A DNA stretch of 64,000 nucleotides from an uncultured Christensenellaceae bacterium. Lineage in GTDB: Bacteria > Bacillota > Clostridia > Christensenellales > CAG-1252. The stretch lies in NCBI GenBank assembly GCA_964391805.1, contig CAYMNK010000006.1:466-64465 (forward strand). The letters run 5' to 3'. Positions 38,342-46,949 of this stretch are shown here, one piece after another. The translations under genes and the position numbers were made by a program. Under the pieces are notes generated by a model. That model had not been told where the DNA came from and did no database searches. It was given only the letters and a program-made list of their open reading frames with translations. How positions within the stretch are numbered: the first letter of the stretch is position 1; every line of letters begins with the position of its first letter.

Positions 38342-41300
38342 ATGAGAAAAGAAACATCCTCTGTCGATTTCATCGGTATCGAGCATTCTCTGCTCAGTAA
38401 ATGGAAGGATAGTAATCTATTTGCCAAAATCGTTGCTAAAAACGAAAACGGTCCGAGATTTCGCTTCCTCGACGGTCCGGTTACTGCTAATAACCGCTTG
38501 GGTATTCACCACATTTGGGGTAGAACTCTCAAGGATATTACAATTAAATACAACGCCATGCAAGGTAAGAGTTGCCAATACCAAAACGGTTTCGATGCTC
38601 AAGGTATGTGGGTTGAAGTAAATGTCGAAAAGGAATTGGGCTTAAACGGTAAACCTGAGATTCTTGGGTATGGATTGGATAAGTTCACCAATAAGTGCAT
38701 GGAGCGTGTTAAATATTTCGCTAACGCTATCACAGACCAAAGTATTCGTACAGGTCAATTCATGGACTGGGATAATAGCTATTTCACCAATACAGACGAA
38801 AATATCACAAGTATTTGGGCATTCCTCAAGATTTGCGACGAAAAAGGATATATCGTTCGCAAAAAACGCCCCATGGTTTGGTGTCCGAGATGCGGAACGA
38901 GTATTTCCGATCACGAAATGAGCGGTAGTTATAAGGATGTTATTCATACCGCTATCCTTTTCAAACTTCCCGTTAAAGGTAAAGATTTCAAAATGGTTGC
39001 TTGGACGACCACTCCTTGGACATTGACTGCAAACGTTGCACTTGCCGTTAACCCCGAATTGACCTACGTCAAAGTCAGACAACAGTCGGGCGAACTTTTG
39101 GTTTTGGGCAAAGATTCCATTCAAATGCTTAAAGGCGATGGAGAAATCGTTGAAGAATTCAAAGGTAGCGAACTTGTCGGTTTAGAGTACGAAACTTGTT
39201 TTCCCGAATTACCATTGCAACAATTCCCTCACAAGGTTCTTCCTTGGGAAGACGTCGTTCAAGGCGAAGGTAGCTGTATCGTCCATATTGCTCCCGGCTG
39301 CGGTGCAGAGGACTTCGAACTCGGTAAGAGATACGACCTACCTCAAATTTCACCTATCAATGACGGCGGTGTAATTCTCGATAACTTCGGAGAATTTTCC
39401 GGTATGCTTACCACCGAATATGGCGAGGTTCAAGGTATTAGACGCCCGCCGTTAGTCGATATGGTCATCGACAGATTGACTAAGGACGGTAAACTCGTAT
39501 ACGCTCACAAGTATAAGCATAGTTATCCTTACTGCTGGAGATGTAAGACCGACCTCGTATATAAGTTAATCGACACCTGGTATATCGCTATGGACGATTT
39601 ACGTCCCCAACTTGTTAAGGCATTGGACGAAGTTGAATTCAAACCCGAATTTGCAAGAAAGAGAATGCTCGACTGGCTCAACAATATGGGCGATTGGAAT
39701 ATCAGCCGTAGCCGTTTCTACGGTCTACCGCTCCCCTTCTACATCTGTCCTAAGTGCGGTAAACGCCATGTTATAGGTAGCATAGAAGAATTGAAAGAGC
39801 GTGCAATTAACCCCGAATTAGTGGATAAACTACCCAACATTCACCGCCCGTGGATAGACGATATCAAGATAACTTGCTCCGAGTGCGGTAGCGAAGTTTC
39901 ACGTATTCCCGAAGTAGGCGACTGCTGGTTGGATGCAGGTATCACGCCTTTCTCCACTAAAAAGTATTTTACCGATAAGGAATACTTTAATAATAATTAT
40001 CCGTCCGATTACGTTTGCGAAATGATCGAACAAATCAAGTTATGGTTCTATTCAATTCTCGTAATGGGCGTAACCATTACAGGTAAGGCTCCTTTCAAGA
40101 AGGTTTGCACATATCAATATGTTTTGGACGAAAACGGCGGAGAATTCCATAAGAGCGGTGGCAACACCCTCGACTGTAGCGAGGTTTGCGATAAGTTCGG
40201 TGCGGATCCTATCAGATACCTCTACGCTGCCGCTAATCCCACCATCGATATGAGATTCGGCGAAAGTTTGATAACCGAAGCTAAGCGTAAAATAATCGCT
40301 TTTTGGAATATGTACAGTTTCTTCAACACATATGCCGTAATCGATAATCCCGATCTCGAACATTATCATCCCGATATGGAATCACTTCCCCTTATCGACA
40401 AATGGTTGGTCAATAGAGTTAATAAATTTGTCAATATTGCAAACGCCTGCTACGACGATAACGAATATTATAAGGTTGTACAAGAATTCGAGGTTCTTAC
40501 CGATGATATTTGTAACTTCTATATTCGTACTAACCGTCCTCGTTTCTGGAAATCATCGGGCGACGATCAAATGAATGCATATTATTGTCTTTACTACGCT
40601 ATCAAGAATATGCTTCTCGTCATGGCTCCTATTATTCCATTCATTACCGATTACATTTGGAATAACACTGTTTGCGAATTAGAGCCTAACGAGCCAAAGA
40701 GTATACACCTTGCTTCATTCCCGACAGTTAAGGACGTTGACGAAAAACTCCTAACCATGGTAGATAAAGCAAGACAAATCATATATCTCGGTCTTAAAAT
40801 ACGTAATGAGAATAAAATCAAAATCAAGCAACCTTTAAAAACCGTATACGTCAAAGGCGATAAGGATTTCGTGGAAGCAAGCGGATTTATGAAAGACCAA
40901 ATTCTCAGTGAATTGAACGTAAAAGATATCGAGATTGTAGAAAGTGACGATAAGTTCAATACGAGTTCGTTAGTGCTTAACTTCCGTAAAGCAGGAGCCG
41001 TACTTCGTAAAGACGTAAACACCGTCAAAAATCTTCTTCTCGAAGCAACAGAAGAACAATCACAAAGATATGTAGGCGAATTCACTAACGGCGGAAACGT
41101 GAATGTTGACGGCTACGGCGAAGTTCCTGCGGACATTTTGGAACTAAAATTTGCACCACGTCCCGAATTTGCAGTGGTCGTTGAAGGCAATAATACCGTT
41201 GTTTTGGATATCGAACTCGATGCCGAACTCGAACAAGAAGGTATGCTTAGAGAACTTATCCGCAATATTCAAGTTGCGAGAAAGGAAGCCGATTTCCAAA

Positions 41301-41482
41301 TTGACGATAGAATCAACCTGTATATCAAAGGTGACGGCGTAGATCATCTCGTCGAAAAATATGCCGATATAATCAAAAACGAAACACTCGCCAAACAACT
41401 CAATGTCGATGCCGTATATTCATTTGAAAGAACAATCGATATGAACGGTGAGTGTATAATAAAACTCGGTAAAGCCGAATAA
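38342..41482 (+). CDS. ileS: isoleucine--tRNA ligase (long, type-2-like, 1,046 aa)
   Basis: GPVTANNRLGIHHIWGRTLKD (GIHH variant of HIGH), DWNISRSRFYGLPLP, Zn-finger pairs CPRCG/CWRCK, and a C-terminal anticodon-binding region. The KMSKS position reads EFHKS (40142-40156). Confidence 0.95.
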   Translation: MRKETSSVDFIGIEHSLLSKWKDSNLFAKIVAKNENGPRFRFLDGPVTANNRLGIHHIWGRTLKDITIKYNAMQGKSCQYQNGFDAQGMWVEVNVEKELGLNGKPEILGYGLDKFTNKCMERVKYFANAITDQSIRTGQFMDWDNSYFTNTDENITSIWAFLKICDEKGYIVRKKRPMVWCPRCGTSISDHEMSGSYKDVIHTAILFKLPVKGKDFKMVAWTTTPWTLTANVALAVNPELTYVKVRQQSGELLVLGKDSIQMLKGDGEIVEEFKGSELVGLEYETCFPELPLQQFPHKVLPWEDVVQGEGSCIVHIAPGCGAEDFELGKRYDLPQISPINDGGVILDNFGEFSGMLTTEYGEVQGIRRPPLVDMVIDRLTKDGKLVYAHKYKHSYPYCWRCKTDLVYKLIDTWYIAMDDLRPQLVKALDEVEFKPEFARKRMLDWLNNMGDWNISRSRFYGLPLPFYICPKCGKRHVIGSIEELKERAINPELVDKLPNIHRPWIDDIKITCSECGSEVSRIPEVGDCWLDAGITPFSTKKYFTDKEYFNNNYPSDYVCEMIEQIKLWFYSILVMGVTITGKAPFKKVCTYQYVLDENGGEFHKSGGNTLDCSEVCDKFGADPIRYLYAAANPTIDMRFGESLITEAKRKIIAFWNMYSFFNTYAVIDNPDLEHYHPDMESLPLIDKWLVNRVNKFVNIANACYDDNEYYKVVQEFEVLTDDICNFYIRTNRPRFWKSSGDDQMNAYYCLYYAIKNMLLVMAPIIPFITDYIWNNTVCELEPNEPKSIHLASFPTVKDVDEKLLTMVDKARQIIYLGLKIRNENKIKIKQPLKTVYVKGDKDFVEASGFMKDQILSELNVKDIEIVESDDKFNTSSLVLNFRKAGAVLRKDVNTVKNLLLEATEEQSQRYVGEFTNGGNVNVDGYGEVPADILELKFAPRPEFAVVVEGNNTVVLDIELDAELEQEGMLRELIRNIQVARKEADFQIDDRINLYIKGDGVDHLVEKYADIIKNETLAKQLNVDAVYSFERTIDMNGECIIKLGKAE

Positions 41483-41496
41483 TCAAGGACTTAATT

Positions 41497-43908
41497 ATGA
41501 AAAATTATAATTTTAGCGAAATTGAAAAGAAATGGCAAGCGATTTGGGAGCAAGAAGGTAGATATGAGGTTCAAAACCATGTCGACGGTAAGGAAAACTG
41601 TTATGTACTTATCGAGTTCCCCTATCCGAGCGGTAAAGGACTACATACAGGTCATATCCGCTCATATGCATCGATGGACGCAGTTGCAAGAAAAAAGAGA
41701 TTGCAAGGATATAATGTTCTTTTCCCGATGGGTTGCGACTCATTCGGTCTCGAAGCCGAGAGAACAGCTATAAGAGAACATAAACTTCCTCAAGAAATCG
41801 TTCAAAGAAACATTGCAACATTCAAATCTCAATTAAAAACGGTAGGCTTGTCCTTCGATTGGTCAAGAGAAATAAGCACCGCCGATCCCGAATATTATAA
41901 GTGGACACAATGGCTTTTCTTACAATTCTACAAACACGGTCTTGCCGAAAAACGTACGACAACCATCAACTGGTGTCCTAATTGCGGTGTACTCGCTAAC
42001 GAAGAAATCGAAGACGGTCACTGCTGTCAATGCGGTGCCGAAACCACTCAAAAGCCTAAGGCTCAATGGGTTCTCAAAATGACAGAATATGCAGATAGAC
42101 TTGATAGAGATCTCGACCAAACCAACTATATGGATCACATCAAGTCCGGTCAAAGAAATTGGATAGGCAGAAGCGAAGGCGTTCAAGTCAAATTCAAAAT
42201 AGTTCAAGGCGGTGAATTTGAAATATTCACTACTTGTATTGAAACCATATATGGTATCACTTTTATGGTTCTTGCTCCCGAACATCCGCTCGTAGAGGGA
42301 TTCCTTCCTATGGTTCAAAACAGAGCCGAAGTCGAGGCTTATATAGCGGAAGCTCGTAAAAAGAGCGACTTTGAAAGAAGCGAAATGGTGAAAACCAAAA
42401 CCGGTTGCGAACTAAAAGGGATCACTTGTATCAATCCTGTCAACGGTAGGGAAGTTCCTCTATTTATCGGCGACTTCGTACTTGCTTCCTACGGTACAGG
42501 TGCCGTTATGGCTGTTCCCGCTCACGACCAAAGAGACTTCGAATATGCCGTAGCTCACGGAATCGATATGATCCAAGTCATCGACGGCAGAGATACATCG
42601 GAACACGCTTTCGAAAAGCACGACTACTTGGGCGTTGGCTGTAAACTAATCAACAGTCAAGAATTCTCAGGGCTCACCGTTGAAGAAGCTAAAGAAGCTA
42701 TCACTGCTAAACTCGAAAAAGAAGGCGTGGCTAAGAGAGTATTGAACTTCAGAATGAGAGACTGGATATTCTCAAGACAACGTTATTGGGGCGAACCTAT
42801 CCCGATGATCAAGTGCGATGAATGTGGTTGGGTACCCGTTCCCGAAACCGAACTTCCGGTTACCCTCCCCATAGTCGATAGTTATGAACCTACTAAAGAC
42901 GGCGAATCCCCCCTATCCGTTATCGACGAATGGGTAAACGTTAAGTGTCCTTGTTGCGGTCGTCCTGCAAAGAGAGAAACGGACACAATGCCCGGTTGGG
43001 CAGGAAGTAGCTGGTATTTCCTCAGATATTGCGATCCTAAAAACGATAAGAAATTTGCAAGTCAAGACGCTCTAAAATCATGGTTGCCTGTCAACCTCTA
43101 TAACGGCGGTAACGAACATACCAACAGACACCTCTTGTACGCAAGATTCTGGGTTAAATTTCTCTATGATATAGGTTTATCGCCCGTTTCAGAGCCGTTT
43201 ATGTCAAGAGTCAGTCAAGGTATCATACTCGGTTCAAACGGCGTCAAAATGAGTAAATCTTTGGGCAACGTCATAGATCCCAGAGACGTTATCAAAGAGT
43301 ACGGTGCCGATAGTTTGAGATTATGGGAAGCATTCATCGGTGATTATTTCGCAACTTGTTCATGGGATGATAACGGTGCTAAGGCTTGTAACAAGTTCCT
43401 TAATAAGGTTTGGGGACTACAAGAAGTGCTGACAAGCGACGAAACAATGACTAAGGACCTCGAATATATTCTCCACTCCACCATCAAAAAGGTAAGCGAG
43501 GATATCGATAACTGTAAGTTCAATACGGCTGTTGCACAACTGATGACTTGCGTAAACGAACTACAAAAATACGGCAAAGTTTCGAGAGAAGATTATCGTA
43601 CATTGCTAATTCTCTTAAATCCGTTCGCTCCTCATATCACCGAGGAAATTTGGAACGAATGCGGTTTTAAACCCGAATTCAAAAACGCATCTTGGCCTAC
43701 CTATGACGAAAAGAAACTCATCAAAGCCGAAGTCGAAATCGTTGCTCAAATCAATAGTAAAATCCGCGGAAGATTGGTTATCGCTCAATCGTCATCTCAA
43801 GACGAAGTAAAAGACCTCGCTATCAAGGAACTCGGTATCGAGCCCGATAGCGTCATCAAGGTCATCTACATCCCCGGTAGACTAATCAACTTCATTGTAA
43901 AGAAATAA
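41497..43908 (+). CDS. leuS: leucine--tRNA ligase
   Basis: FPYPSGKGLHTGHIRSY (HIGH), VKMSKSLGNVIDP (KMSKS), 803 aa. Starts 14 nt after the ileS stop. Confidence 0.96.
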   Translation: MKNYNFSEIEKKWQAIWEQEGRYEVQNHVDGKENCYVLIEFPYPSGKGLHTGHIRSYASMDAVARKKRLQGYNVLFPMGCDSFGLEAERTAIREHKLPQEIVQRNIATFKSQLKTVGLSFDWSREISTADPEYYKWTQWLFLQFYKHGLAEKRTTTINWCPNCGVLANEEIEDGHCCQCGAETTQKPKAQWVLKMTEYADRLDRDLDQTNYMDHIKSGQRNWIGRSEGVQVKFKIVQGGEFEIFTTCIETIYGITFMVLAPEHPLVEGFLPMVQNRAEVEAYIAEARKKSDFERSEMVKTKTGCELKGITCINPVNGREVPLFIGDFVLASYGTGAVMAVPAHDQRDFEYAVAHGIDMIQVIDGRDTSEHAFEKHDYLGVGCKLINSQEFSGLTVEEAKEAITAKLEKEGVAKRVLNFRMRDWIFSRQRYWGEPIPMIKCDECGWVPVPETELPVTLPIVDSYEPTKDGESPLSVIDEWVNVKCPCCGRPAKRETDTMPGWAGSSWYFLRYCDPKNDKKFASQDALKSWLPVNLYNGGNEHTNRHLLYARFWVKFLYDIGLSPVSEPFMSRVSQGIILGSNGVKMSKSLGNVIDPRDVIKEYGADSLRLWEAFIGDYFATCSWDDNGAKACNKFLNKVWGLQEVLTSDETMTKDLEYILHSTIKKVSEDIDNCKFNTAVAQLMTCVNELQKYGKVSREDYRTLLILLNPFAPHITEEIWNECGFKPEFKNASWPTYDEKKLIKAEVEIVAQINSKIRGRLVIAQSSSQDEVKDLAIKELGIEPDSVIKVIYIPGRLINFIVKK

Positions 43909-43931
43909 AAACAATTTGATATTTATCTAAA

Positions 43932-43959
43932 AAGCCGAGACTCATCGCCTCGGCTTTTT
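43932..43959 (+). terminator. rho-independent terminator after leuS
   Basis: GCCGAG-actcatcgc-CTCGGC followed by TTTTT, flanked by an A-run (bidirectional shape). Confidence 0.7.
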
Positions 43960-44029
43960 AGATATTAAAATTGGTTTATGTTCACCATTAATTCTTCTTT
44001 TGTAATTTCATATTTTATGGAACAACAGA

Positions 44030-44222
44030 TTATGAGTTAGTACACACAACTCTTACTATGCCTGAAAAATAGTTATCATTTCCGGTTTCTTCGATGGTTA
44101 TACTATCCCACTGCTCTTGTGTTCCACTAAAATACACCTCAATTGTTTGCTTCTTATAACTAAGGTCATCGCCGAATAGAAATGCCGGTAAATGATTAAC
44201 AGAAGCCGGAATATAGCATGGT
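44030..44222 (-). pseudogene. C-terminal remnant of a leucine-rich-repeat (BspA-like) surface protein
   Basis: The track ORF 44030..44323 ends ..IPASVNHLPAFLFGDDLSYKKQTIEVYFSGTQEQWDSITIEETGNDNYFSGIVRVVCTNS. That is the typical last LRR plus the (Y/F)xGTxxQW...C tail of BspA-type LRR proteins. The N-terminal 34 codons of the ORF are encoded by the intergenic repeat element, so there is no credible start. Confidence 0.4.
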
Positions 44223-44665
44223 ATTTTAGATACCGATACCGATGGCAGTGCCCTTCGGGTTCGACTACGGTTTTCAACCTTGCTCAGAATGACATGATTG
44301 GTCGCTATCGCTTGCCCTGACATGGATTTTAGATACCGACACCTTTGGTGTCGCGGCTACGCCGTTCGACTACAGGGCGTTGCCCTTTCGCTCAGTATGA
44401 CATTTGATGGTGCGGTGCTATTCTGACGCTCATTATGACATATGCGTGTTCGTTATCGTCCGCAAGATAACAAATTTGCCTTTCATTACCGTCCAAGATA
44501 CTGCTCGATAAACCTCGCACTGCTACGCAGTTCGACTACAGACTTCGTCTTTCGCTCAGTATGACGGGACGGTAATCAGTATAACGGCGGACGAGATTTG
44601 CTTTGTATGACATTTGATGATATAGTGCTATTCTCTATTCAGTATGACGGCAGACGGAATTGCAC
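44222..44665 (+). repeat. intergenic structured repeat family, locus 3 (array of three units plus accessory modules)
   Basis: Cores at 44281 (TGCTCAGAATGAC), 44389 and 44553 (CGCTCAGTATGAC), plus a degenerate one at about 44639. Hairpin 1: CGACACC-ttt-GGTGTCG 44337-44353. Hairpin 2 variants: GGTT-ttc-AACC 44269-44279, AGGGC-gtt-GCCCT 44374-44386, AGAC-ttc-GTCT 44540-44550. GTTATCGTCCGCAAGATAAC module at 44451. Confidence 0.9.
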
Positions 44666-44930
44666 CTATTATTACATATATTTATCCACAATGCTGTGAT
44701 AGGTTTATGTGACAATTTTGAGGACTCATTGGGTGGTTTTTTCCACTCTGTAAACTATCGATATGTTGATAACTTTGTTGATAAGTGGGAAAATATTCAC
44801 TTTTTGCATAAAAAACAGTACATTTTCTATACTTTTCCACAAAAATAACAACAAATCCATACTTTTTCAACCACTTTATGCATAAACATTTTTATATATA
44901 ATGTTGATAATCATTTAGAGGTAAACTGCC

Positions 44931-45629
44931 GTGAAAAAATTTAAAAATCTGTCCGTTCTTATAGTAATAATCATTCCGATATTAGTATTCATTCCAACTC
45001 TTACTGCTATCGCTATAAACTACCAAAAACCCATTACCATTGTGCTCGACGCAGGACATGGCGGTTATGACGGCGGCGTCAAAGGCTTGAATAGCGGAAT
45101 CAAGGAAAGTACAATAAATCTCGAAATGGCAAACCTCGTCAAAGGATATCTCGAAAGCGACGGATATAGAGTTGTTATGACTCGTACCGAGGACGTAGCA
45201 CTCGGAACAAGCAAAAAAAGCGATATGAAAAAGCGAATCGAGATGATCAATGCGTCAAACTGTTTACTCGTCGTCTCTATTCACGTTAACTTTTATCCGT
45301 CGTCGTATCGTAGGGGCATACAGACGTTTTTCAACAAAAGCATGGACGAAGAACTTGCAAAAATGATGCAAGAAACTCTCAATTCAGCTCTCAATATTCC
45401 TACACTCGACAGGGGCTTCGCGTCTCTATGGGGTGATTACTATATACTTGCCAAGTCAAAATGCCCTGCTACCATAGTGGAAACGGGATTTATTTCTAAT
45501 AGCAAAGACGAAGAACAGCTACTTTCAGCCGAATATAGGATGGTTTTAGCCTTCCACATTTATAGCGGTATAAAAAAATATATTGCCAATACCGTTACCG
45601 AAAAGAATAGTCTTAACGAAAGCGTATAG
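44931..45629 (+). CDS. N-acetylmuramoyl-L-alanine amidase (Amidase_3), CwlD-like architecture
   Basis: GTG start with an AGAGG RBS. N-terminal TM, IVLDAGHGGYDGG, VVSIHVNF, VETGFISN. Size (232 aa) and layout resemble the germination amidase CwlD. Confidence 0.85.
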   Translation: MKKFKNLSVLIVIIIPILVFIPTLTAIAINYQKPITIVLDAGHGGYDGGVKGLNSGIKESTINLEMANLVKGYLESDGYRVVMTRTEDVALGTSKKSDMKKRIEMINASNCLLVVSIHVNFYPSSYRRGIQTFFNKSMDEELAKMMQETLNSALNIPTLDRGFASLWGDYYILAKSKCPATIVETGFISNSKDEEQLLSAEYRMVLAFHIYSGIKKYIANTVTEKNSLNESV

Positions 45630-45658
45630 CAATATATTTGTCTTATTACAATTTTATT

Positions 45659-46195
45659 TTAGCACTCCTCTCCTGCCACGTAAGCCATTTCGAAGGCTCG
45701 ATTTTCTTTGATTTCGTGCGGACGATACACGCCTATACCCTTGATGACGCGTGCGATTTCGGCACCATCCAAGCAACGAATAAATCCGTTCAGTGCAGTC
45801 ATCGATTCGTCGAACGCGTCGGGAGAATTGTCGGCTGCAGTCAATAGAAAATAAAATACCTTATTTGTTATTTGTCTATAGTAAGGTGCCGTTCTGTCTA
45901 TAAATGTTTTGAGTTGTCCGTTGATACAATAGAAGTATACCGGCGACGCCAAAACGATAACATCGGCATCTATCATCTTTTTAATAATGGCAGGTGTATC
46001 GTCCTTTTGAATACATTCATGTTTACCCGAACAATATCCACAACCTTGACAATAATTGATGTTATAGTCGCCTAAAAAGACCTTTTCTACCTCTTTGCCA
46101 TCCGCTTGTGCACCGAGCGCAAATTGATTACATAATGTATCGCTATTACCGTTTTTTCTCGGACTTGCCGAGATTATAAGTACTTTTCTTGTCAT
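45659..46195 (-). CDS. iron-sulfur flavoprotein (Isf-like), NADPH-dependent FMN reductase fold
   Basis: Start ATG 46195 (MTRKVLIISASPRKNGNS) after AAGGAG. Compact Cys motif CQGCGYCSGKHEC (C-x2-C-x2-C-x5-C). VIVLASPVYF. Confidence 0.8.
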   Translation of the reverse strand: MTRKVLIISASPRKNGNSDTLCNQFALGAQADGKEVEKVFLGDYNINYCQGCGYCSGKHECIQKDDTPAIIKKMIDADVIVLASPVYFYCINGQLKTFIDRTAPYYRQITNKVFYFLLTAADNSPDAFDESMTALNGFIRCLDGAEIARVIKGIGVYRPHEIKENRAFEMAYVAGEEC

Positions 46196-46211
46196 AATTC
46201 GCTCCTTGGTT

Positions 46212-46535
46212 TTATTCTTTATATGATTTGCCAAAAAGTATTTGCATAAAATTTCGTCTACCATAAAGGACTCTTATGATGCAAACTTTTTCGCCATCGA
46301 CCTTGTAAAATGCGATATAGTTTCCGCATACAAGAAAACGATATGGAACTTCAAGACTGATAATAGAAGAAAGATGCGCACCACTTTCAGGAAAATCAGC
46401 AAGTTGACGCACACAACTCATAATCTTCTCAACAGTGTTTTTTGCCGATTGTTCGCTACAAAGTTCGTCGGTGATATACGCTTTAATTTCCTTCATATCC
46501 TCAAGAGCATCGGGCGTAAAAAGAATTTTAGCCAT
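46212..46535 (-). CDS. type II toxin, RelE/ParE family
   Basis: 107 aa with the ParE-like pattern ..FTPDALEDMKEIKAYI.. FPESG.. YRFLVCGNYIAFYKVDGEKVCIIRVLYGRRN. Overlaps the upstream antitoxin gene by 8 nt. Confidence 0.8.
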   Translation of the reverse strand: MAKILFTPDALEDMKEIKAYITDELCSEQSAKNTVEKIMSCVRQLADFPESGAHLSSIISLEVPYRFLVCGNYIAFYKVDGEKVCIIRVLYGRRNFMQILFGKSYKE

Positions 46536-46782
46536 TTAATACCCCCAAAATCGATTCCACATCCGTGATATCAATATATTCATTTTCTTTAACTGATATT
46601 TCACCCTTGGCAAGTTCACTCAATAATTTAAGCGTTGCTTGAGTTTTTTCGAATTCTTCCATGTCTACGATAGCGAATCTACCACGACCGTTCTTGGTGA
46701 GAAACACAGGCTCGCCAACGGCAATATCTCGCAAAACCTCATTGTAATTGCGCAAATCCGATACAGGCTTAATGTTTGGCAT
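46528..46782 (-). CDS. type II antitoxin, Phd/YefM family
   Basis: 84 aa. IKPVSDLRNYNEVLRDIAVGEPVFLTKNGRGRFAIVDMEEFE is a typical Phd/YefM N-terminal domain. RBS AAGGAGG. Confidence 0.8.
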   Translation of the reverse strand: MPNIKPVSDLRNYNEVLRDIAVGEPVFLTKNGRGRFAIVDMEEFEKTQATLKLLSELAKGEISVKENEYIDITDVESILGVLNG

Positions 46783-46815
46783 CTAAAACACCTCCTTTTG
46801 TTCACTGCTGTATTT

Positions 46816-46844
46816 ATTATATACTAATTCTACGTAAAATTCAA
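46816..46844 (-). promoter_or_regulatory. promoter of the TA operon (TTGAAT-17-TATAAT)
   Basis: Minus-strand -35 at 46844-46839 and -10 at 46821-46816, about 34 nt upstream of ATG 46782. Confidence 0.5.
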
Positions 46845-46872
46845 CAGCAAATTCAATATTATTGAAAAATTA

Positions 46873-46906
46873 ATATAAAAGGGATGCTCATATTAGAAAC
46901 ATCCCT
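46873..46906 (-). terminator. terminator after the 350-aa membrane protein gene
   Basis: GGGATG..CATCCC hairpin (46881-46905) followed on the minus strand by TTTTAT. Confidence 0.45.
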
Positions 46907-46949
46907 TGCTTTTGATTTTATCTCGATTTAGCAAAATAATCTGCACTTT

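Noticed and set aside
44030-44323. 97-aa ORF as an intact gene
   Set aside because: Its first about 34 codons are encoded by the intergenic repeat element and there is no RBS. Only the C-terminal part looks like real (former) coding sequence, so it is reported as a remnant instead.
44222-44665. CRISPR array
   Set aside because: The units are about 70-110 nt, irregularly spaced and heterogeneous, with no constant short repeat/spacer periodicity and no cas genes. The periodic repeats at 1-33 kb are protein-coding modules.
44682-44841. DnaA-box cluster or oriC: a perfect TTATCCACA (44682-44690), TTTTCCACA (44833-44841, 1 mismatch) and TTTTCCACT (44739-44747, 2 mismatches), all in the same orientation upstream of the amidase gene
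   Set aside because: There is only one perfect box. The region is AT-rich, so near-matches are expected. No dnaA/dnaN, DUE-like 13-mers or strand-bias switch is evident. It is possibly a minor DnaA-binding site, but that cannot be supported from sequence alone.
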